NCBI GenBank assembly: GCA_963457525.1
Contig: OY734805.1
Location: 2,330,900 to 2,394,899 of the forward strand
DNA length: 64,000 bases
Direction: 5' to 3'
Source: Parvibaculaceae bacterium
Lineage (GTDB): Bacteria; Pseudomonadota; Alphaproteobacteria; JAPOUT01
Under the pieces are notes generated by a model. That model was not told where the DNA came from, made no database searches, and worked only from the letters and a program-made list of their open reading frames with translations. Positions 58,781 through 64,000 of the stretch are shown piece after piece. Each line of letters opens with the position of its first letter. Positions within the stretch are counted from its first letter, which is position 1. A program made the translations under genes and the position numbers.

Positions 58781-59373
58781 ACCTCTTCCTCCGTTTGGGA
58801 ATGAAGCCGTTTATAGCATGAATCCTCCGGCACGACAAGAACATCCGCCAGCAGCAAACAGGCCGAGAGTAATTTCCGGGTGTCGTCCTTGATAGCGGGC
58901 TTCTCGCCCCGCCAACGGGCGAAATGCCGATGGGTCGGCATGCGTCCTCCGGCAAGCGCTTGCAAGGACGCTTCCGTTTCATCGGCGAAATTACGCATCC
59001 GCCGGCGCAGGTTCGCCTGGTAGGTCGACCAGTGCGCCAGTTCCAGGCGCAGATGATACAGGGACGTTCTTGCGCGCCGGGCGATGTGCATTTCTTCTAT
59101 CCAGGCGGGAACCGTTGACCAAATCGACAAGGCTCTCTCCATGCGCCGATGCGCGAGAGACTCCCGGCCGGCACGCTTGGCCAGCAAAGACGCGTTCGCC
59201 AGACTCACGGCTAGGCGCGGGTCTTTCGCATCAAAAGACAACAACGCATAAACATATGCCAGATGCCACAGGCATTTCGCGCGCATGCGTTTCTTTTCCA
59301 GCCATGAATAAGCGGCGCGTTCCTGGCACGATTCCCAGAAAGCGTCCCCGCGGTTCCAGCGCGCCGGTTTCAT
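58777..59373 (-). CDS. Hypothetical protein (198 aa) overlapping both the livF stop and the uvrB start
   Basis: ORF only. Arg/Ala-rich helical protein with no recognised domain. ATGA-type overlaps at both ends. Confidence 0.45.
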   Translation of the reverse strand: MKPARWNRGDAFWESCQERAAYSWLEKKRMRAKCLWHLAYVYALLSFDAKDPRLAVSLANASLLAKRAGRESLAHRRMERALSIWSTVPAWIEEMHIARRARTSLYHLRLELAHWSTYQANLRRRMRNFADETEASLQALAGGRMPTHRHFARWRGEKPAIKDDTRKLLSACLLLADVLVVPEDSCYKRLHSQTEEEV

Positions 59374-60077
59374 CCTCCCAGGTACGCACGGCGGACATGA
59401 TCGTTGCCGCGCAAATCACTCGCGACACCCTCCAATGCAATCCGGCGGTTCTCCAACACATAGCCATATTCGGAAATCGACAATGCCAGCGATGCATTCT
59501 GCTCAACCAAAACCGCAGGCATGCCGCCGCGGGAAATCCGCGAAATAATCTCAACGATCTCCTCAACAACGACCGGAGCGAGTCCCATTGAAGGCTCGTC
59601 CAGCAACAACAGCTTCGGTTTCGCCATCAACGCGCGCCCGATCGCGAGCATCTGCTGCTCTCCTCCCGACATCGTTCGCGCGCTCTGCCGGTGGCGTTCC
59701 CGAAGCCGCGGAAAATAAGAAAACACGCGCTCCAAATCCTCCTCGATGGCGTGCTTGTCGCGGCGCAGGTAGGCGCCGACGCGCAGGTTCTCTTCAACCG
59801 TCAGGCCCGGGAACACGCGACGTCCTTCGGGAACATGCGCAACACCCCGCGCGACAATCTCTTCGGGAGAAAGTTTCAGCAGCGACTCGCCGTGAAAACG
59901 AACATCTCCCGAAGCCGGCTTCACCAAACCGGATACAACACGCAGGAAACTGCTCTTCCCCGCCCCGTTCGCACCCAGCAAACATACAACGCCGCTTTCG
60001 GGAACCCGAATGCTCACATCTTCCAGCGCAACGACACGTTCGTAACGCACCACGAGATTGTCACATTCCAACAGCAT
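59370..60077 (-). CDS. livF: Branched-chain amino-acid ABC transporter ATP-binding protein LivF
   Basis: GANGAGKSS Walker A, MSGGEQQMLAIGRALM, LLLDEP. Confidence 0.85.
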   Translation of the reverse strand: MLLECDNLVVRYERVVALEDVSIRVPESGVVCLLGANGAGKSSFLRVVSGLVKPASGDVRFHGESLLKLSPEEIVARGVAHVPEGRRVFPGLTVEENLRVGAYLRRDKHAIEEDLERVFSYFPRLRERHRQSARTMSGGEQQMLAIGRALMAKPKLLLLDEPSMGLAPVVVEEIVEIISRISRGGMPAVLVEQNASLALSISEYGYVLENRRIALEGVASDLRGNDHVRRAYLGG

Positions 60078-60080
60078 GCC

Positions 60081-60845
60081 TTAGGCCTCCGTGTGTCCGC
60101 CGCCGAGATACGCCTTGATGACTTCCGGGTGGCTGCGTATCTCGTCCGGCGAACCTTGCGCCAGCAGCTTGCCGAAATTCATCACGGTGATGCAATCGCA
60201 CAGCCCCATTACCGCGCGCATGTCATGCTCGACCAGCAGTATCGACACGCCGCGCTCGCGCAACCGCCGCGTCAAATCCATCATCACCAGGGTTTCTTCG
60301 GCGTTCATCCCCGTAAAAGGTTCGTCCAGCAACATCAGACTCGGACGCGCCGCCGAGGCGATCGCCATTCCCAGCGCGCGCTGCAATCCGTGCGGCAAAT
60401 TCCCTGCGGGAAAATCCGCGCGCTCGGCCAAACCGAAAAACTCGAGCAGTTCTTCGGCTTCCTCGCGCAACAATGCATCCTGCTTGTGCCAGCGTCCGAA
60501 TATCGCATCCATCAGGCCCGTGCGGCGGCGCGAATAACATCCGATCAAAACATTCTCCAAAACGGACAGTTCCCGAAACAATGTTGCATGTTGAAAGGTT
60601 CGCACAATTCCCAAGTCCGCGACTTTCTCCATCGGCAAGCCGGATATCTCGACGCCTTCGTGAAAAATCCGCCCCGACGTCGGACGGTAAAATCCGGATA
60701 TCACATTAAACGTCGTCGTCTTCCCCGCGCCGTTGGGTCCTATCAAACCGTGTATCGAATCCTTGGCAACCGAAAACCCTAAGCCGTCCACGGCGTGCAA
60801 ACCTCCAAAACGCATCGTCAAGTCGCGAACTTCCAATATGCTCAT
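60081..60845 (-). CDS. livG: Branched-chain amino-acid ABC transporter ATP-binding protein LivG
   Basis: MSILEVRDLTMRFGGLHAVDGL...GPNGAGKTT. Start at the ATG overlapping the livM stop (ATGA). The longer ORF start is judged spurious. Confidence 0.85.
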   Translation of the reverse strand: MSILEVRDLTMRFGGLHAVDGLGFSVAKDSIHGLIGPNGAGKTTTFNVISGFYRPTSGRIFHEGVEISGLPMEKVADLGIVRTFQHATLFRELSVLENVLIGCYSRRRTGLMDAIFGRWHKQDALLREEAEELLEFFGLAERADFPAGNLPHGLQRALGMAIASAARPSLMLLDEPFTGMNAEETLVMMDLTRRLRERGVSILLVEHDMRAVMGLCDCITVMNFGKLLAQGSPDEIRSHPEVIKAYLGGGHTEA

Positions 60846-61864
60846 GCCGAACGAGTCCATAAACGTGAAAGCATTGAGCGCGCAGGTGCAACCAAACTCT
60901 CCAATCCTTTCGGTAAAAACAGGACCGAAGCAATCAGCAACGCTCCGTAAAACAGCGGCCGCCACTGGTCGAGTCCGAACTCGCGCAATATTATCTCGTT
61001 GACTATCGTCAGGCTTACAACGCCGAGTATCGGTCCGTACAACGTTGCCACGCCGCCGACAATCGCCCAAGTCAGCACATAGACCATTTCCTCGACATTA
61101 AAACGCGACGGGTTCACCGTGCCGACATAATGCACCAGCAAAGCCCCGGAGATTCCGGCAAAGAAGGATGCCGTCACCATTGCGCGGCGCCGCAGCCGTC
61201 TTGTGGGTATTCCCACCGAACGCGCCAGATCATCCCCCCAGTGAACCGCGTGATAACTCCACCCCAGCGGCGAACGCTCGATTCTCCACAGCAGCCAAAT
61301 GCACACGATCGCAACCGCCAGTGAAAAAAAGTAATAGGGGACGGGGTCAAAGAAATCTATCCGCAAACCCGCAAACTCGAACTCCTCCAGTCCCGGAACG
61401 CGCTTGAGACCTTTCGGCCCGCCGAACGGGTCGCGAAAGCGCTTCCACAACAATCGAATGACCTCGCCTGCGGCAAACGAACCTATTAAAAAGTAAAAGC
61501 CTTTCATTCGAAACAACGGGTAAGACAGCAGCCATCCGACCAATGCCGCGCAAACGCCCCCCGTCAACATCGACAACGGCACTGCCAATCCCAACTGCTT
61601 GGACGCCAGCGCGGAACCATACGCCCCGCATCCCATCATCACCACATGACCCAGCGACCACTCCCCCGTCAGAGTTAGATGGCGATAACTCACGACCAAA
61701 ATCACATTGATGGTCGTAAATACCAAAATCTCCTTTTGCGAATAGCTCAAAAAAAGCGGCAGCGCGCACAACAGCACCGCCAGCGCCGTCCAGGCAAGCA
61801 GGTATCGAAAACGCGCAGCCTCAGGCACGATCGCGAGCACCAAACAATCCGGTCGGACGAACAA
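60842..61864 (-). CDS. livM: Branched-chain amino-acid ABC transporter permease LivM
   Basis: Multi-TM permease with the LivM-type architecture between livH and livG. Confidence 0.8.
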   Translation of the reverse strand: MFVRPDCLVLAIVPEAARFRYLLAWTALAVLLCALPLFLSYSQKEILVFTTINVILVVSYRHLTLTGEWSLGHVVMMGCGAYGSALASKQLGLAVPLSMLTGGVCAALVGWLLSYPLFRMKGFYFLIGSFAAGEVIRLLWKRFRDPFGGPKGLKRVPGLEEFEFAGLRIDFFDPVPYYFFSLAVAIVCIWLLWRIERSPLGWSYHAVHWGDDLARSVGIPTRRLRRRAMVTASFFAGISGALLVHYVGTVNPSRFNVEEMVYVLTWAIVGGVATLYGPILGVVSLTIVNEIILREFGLDQWRPLFYGALLIASVLFLPKGLESLVAPARSMLSRLWTRSA

Positions 61865-62690
61865 CCAAAACCATCAGCATCAACAACAATCCGACAATGT
61901 CCGCAACAACTCCGTCAAAAAACGTTGTCACGAACGTATGCACGAAGGCGTAGGCAATTGCGGCAATCACGGCCCCCTCCAACGAGCCGACGCCGCCCAC
62001 GATGATTACGATGAACACCGTGACTATCACCGAGTGCCCCATATACGGATACACCCGGACCAGCGGAGCCGTCAGCGCGCCGGCGACCCCCGCCAGCCCC
62101 GCTCCTATCACCATCGCCAGTTGCGCGATGCGGGTGACGGATATCCCCTGCAACTGGGCCGCTTCGCGGTCTTCGGCGCTTGCGCGCAGCGCCCAGCCGA
62201 AACGCGTGCGCTTTAAAAACATCCACAATCCGGTTAGCAAAACAATTGCCGCAACAATTACGAACAAACGTTGCAACGGCAGCGAAACCCCGTCCGAAAA
62301 ACGCAAAACTTCCTGCGTCACCGGAGGGATGTGTTCCATTCGAACGCCGAAAAATATTGCGGCCAAAGCCTGGAGTATCAACAACAACCCTATCGAGGCG
62401 ACCAATCCGCTCAAGGGATTGTCCCGAAGCGGCCTGAACAAGGCGCGCTCCATTAACAGGCCGACCAGGCCCACGAACATCAAGCCAACCGCGACCGCCA
62501 GAAGAAAGGACTGCTGCGCTCCGACGTAAACCGCAACGACGCCGTATGCCCCGAGCATGTAGAGCTCGCCGTGGGCGAAGTTGATCACGCCCATCACTCC
62601 GAATATCAGCACCAGCCCGACCGCGACCAGCGCGATGTAACTAGCAGCGTAAGTCGCGTTCAGGAACGTCTGCAGCAGCAGTTCGTGCAT
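61821..62690 (-). CDS. livH: Branched-chain amino-acid ABC transporter permease LivH
   Basis: LNATYAASYIALVAVGLVLIFGVMGVINFAHGELYMLGAY. Confidence 0.85.
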   Translation of the reverse strand: MHELLLQTFLNATYAASYIALVAVGLVLIFGVMGVINFAHGELYMLGAYGVVAVYVGAQQSFLLAVAVGLMFVGLVGLLMERALFRPLRDNPLSGLVASIGLLLILQALAAIFFGVRMEHIPPVTQEVLRFSDGVSLPLQRLFVIVAAIVLLTGLWMFLKRTRFGWALRASAEDREAAQLQGISVTRIAQLAMVIGAGLAGVAGALTAPLVRVYPYMGHSVIVTVFIVIIVGGVGSLEGAVIAAIAYAFVHTFVTTFFDGVVADIVGLLLMLMVLVVRPTGLFGARDRA

Positions 62691-62756
62691 GGGGAAATAA
62701 GAGGAGTCGCGGCGGCGCGAAAGGAGGAAGTCGCCGCCGCTCTCCCGCGCGCCTTC

Positions 62757-63995
62757 TTAGCCGCGCTGGTAATACATCTGGCCGAGCGCTTCCATGTGCC
62801 TGATAAGAAGCTCCCCGTGACGGTCATACCAATCGGGTATCGACTTGTATGCCTTCACCCGGGCCTTGCCGTCCTCAATGACAACGACAGGCCAGTTGCC
62901 GACGAGGGCGTTGTCGATGCCGAAAAACTCCCTGCCCCACCAGTTCGCCTCGCCGAACGCATGCGCGCCCTTGCCGCCGGACTTCATCGCCGCAAGAACC
63001 TTTTCGGGCTCCGCGGAGCCCGCCTTCTCGGCGGCTTCCTTCCAGAGGTCCATGATCGAGGCATACTCCCACGAGACCGCGCCCCATTCGCCGGGATAGC
63101 GGCGGTTGTATTCCCTGAAGAAATCGTTCGGGTCCTTGAAGTTGACTCTCGGATCATTGAGGGCCGGGTCATCGAAGTCGGGGAACTGGAAGATGAAGCC
63201 TTCCATGAACTCCTTCGATGTCTTCTCGATGATCTGTTCGTAGAAATCCGCCGTGCACGAAATCACCTTGCCCTCGTATCCCTGCTGGAACAATTGCTCG
63301 CATATCGGATGCACATAGTCCGAATAACAGGTATCCAGGCTCACAATGTCCGGATTCGAAGAAAGCATCTTGGTGACGATCGGCGCAAAGTCGGTGGTCG
63401 CAGGGTCAAACAAGAGAGGATCCTGCTGCAACTCTATCCCCTCCGCTTCAAACGCGGCGAGATAGGTCGCCAGGGACGGAAGACCGAGGGCGTCGTCCTG
63501 GGCGCAAATAACCGCGCTCTTGAGGTTGGGGAAAGTCTCCGCCATCCATTCAACGCCCGTCACATTGTAAATCGGGTGAACCTCGGCCGGAGCAATCAAC
63601 GTGGTCGTGTCCGGAGTCAGGTCGGAAGGCAGCAGCGTCGAAACCAGCATGCCGGAGCGTTCGGCCACCGGCTGAACGCCGGGCCAGGTGTCCCCTCCGA
63701 GCATCATGATGAACTGAACGCCGTCTTCCCTGATGAGCTTGGCCGCGCCGGTGCGCGCCTTTCCGGGGTCATACTCGTTGTCGTAAGCGACAAACTCGAT
63801 GTTATGGCGCTCGTTGCCGAGTTTCACGCCTCCGAGCGCATTGACCCACTCCGCCCATATCAGGCAGCCGTCCAGCCCCGGTTTGCCCCACGCGGCGACC
63901 TCGCCGGTCAGCGGCGCGAGAAAACCTATCTTGATAGGTTCGCCCGAACGCGCGAGCCGGGGAAACAGCCCGCTCGAAAGCAGGCTCACACTCAA
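62757..63995 (-). CDS. Branched-chain amino-acid (Leu/Ile/Val-type) ABC transporter periplasmic substrate-binding protein
   Basis: IKIGFLAPLTGEVAAWGKPGLDG is typical of the type-I LivK/LivJ family. Start near the window end. Confidence 0.8.
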   Translation of the reverse strand: MSVSLLSSGLFPRLARSGEPIKIGFLAPLTGEVAAWGKPGLDGCLIWAEWVNALGGVKLGNERHNIEFVAYDNEYDPGKARTGAAKLIREDGVQFIMMLGGDTWPGVQPVAERSGMLVSTLLPSDLTPDTTTLIAPAEVHPIYNVTGVEWMAETFPNLKSAVICAQDDALGLPSLATYLAAFEAEGIELQQDPLLFDPATTDFAPIVTKMLSSNPDIVSLDTCYSDYVHPICEQLFQQGYEGKVISCTADFYEQIIEKTSKEFMEGFIFQFPDFDDPALNDPRVNFKDPNDFFREYNRRYPGEWGAVSWEYASIMDLWKEAAEKAGSAEPEKVLAAMKSGGKGAHAFGEANWWGREFFGIDNALVGNWPVVVIEDGKARVKAYKSIPDWYDRHGELLIRHMEALGQMYYQRG

Positions 63996-64000
63996 AGCAT

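Noticed and set aside
58777-59373. Assignment of the 198-aa protein to DUF1465/RcdA
   Set aside because: I could not align it convincingly to the RcdA sequence I recall. Left as hypothetical.
1-64000. CRISPR arrays, rRNA genes, insertion sequences, integrases, prophage genes
   Set aside because: No short regularly spaced direct repeats, no rRNA-like conserved stretches, and no transposase/integrase/recombinase-like translations were seen in any frame.

Overview
This 64 kb window looks like a GC-rich (about 60% by eye) alphaproteobacterial-type chromosomal segment, almost entirely housekeeping genes in conserved blocks. There are no CRISPR arrays, rRNA genes, transposases or integrases.

The conserved blocks are:
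- rnhA-thrB-ispH
- gcvT-gcvH-gcvPA-gcvPB (split P protein)
- rpsF-rpsR-rplI
- cfa-dnaB-mlaEF-radA-cvpA-purF
- der-bamB-yfgM-panB
- fabD-fabG-acpP-mltG-gmk
- chorismate mutase-hisC-tyrC
- metXW
- gloB and one tRNA-Val(CAC)
- an opuC-type glycine-betaine ABC operon
- a BI-1/YccA gene
- puuA/puuD-like genes
- etfBA
- a TIGR03032-like gene
- PduO-type adenosyltransferase
- uvrB
- a livFGMH-K branched-chain amino-acid ABC operon

Several short AT-rich islets (about 40-45% GC) sit in this backbone:
- Bases 1-1900 carry a TPR membrane protein with near-identical 102-bp DNA repeats.
- Bases 12.1-13.5 kb hold a lone cytoplasmic class-3 lipase gene, in the slot where the ATPase of an Fe3+ ABC transporter would be expected.
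- Bases 41.4-43.2 kb hold a two-gene cassette: a DNA methyltransferase with an SPPF motif and a 218-aa protein with a PD...E-x-K motif. This is most likely a horizontally acquired type II restriction-modification system and is the best candidate for a defence or novel system in the window.

Other observations are acidic repeat tails on S6 and L9, a 424-bp GC-rich non-coding leader upstream of rpsF with reiterated SCGGRAAA motifs, ATPase-less ABC transporter gene sets, and a gene chain with stop/start overlaps running through uvrB.

All functional calls rest on my recognition of protein motifs in the supplied translations. No database search was possible.
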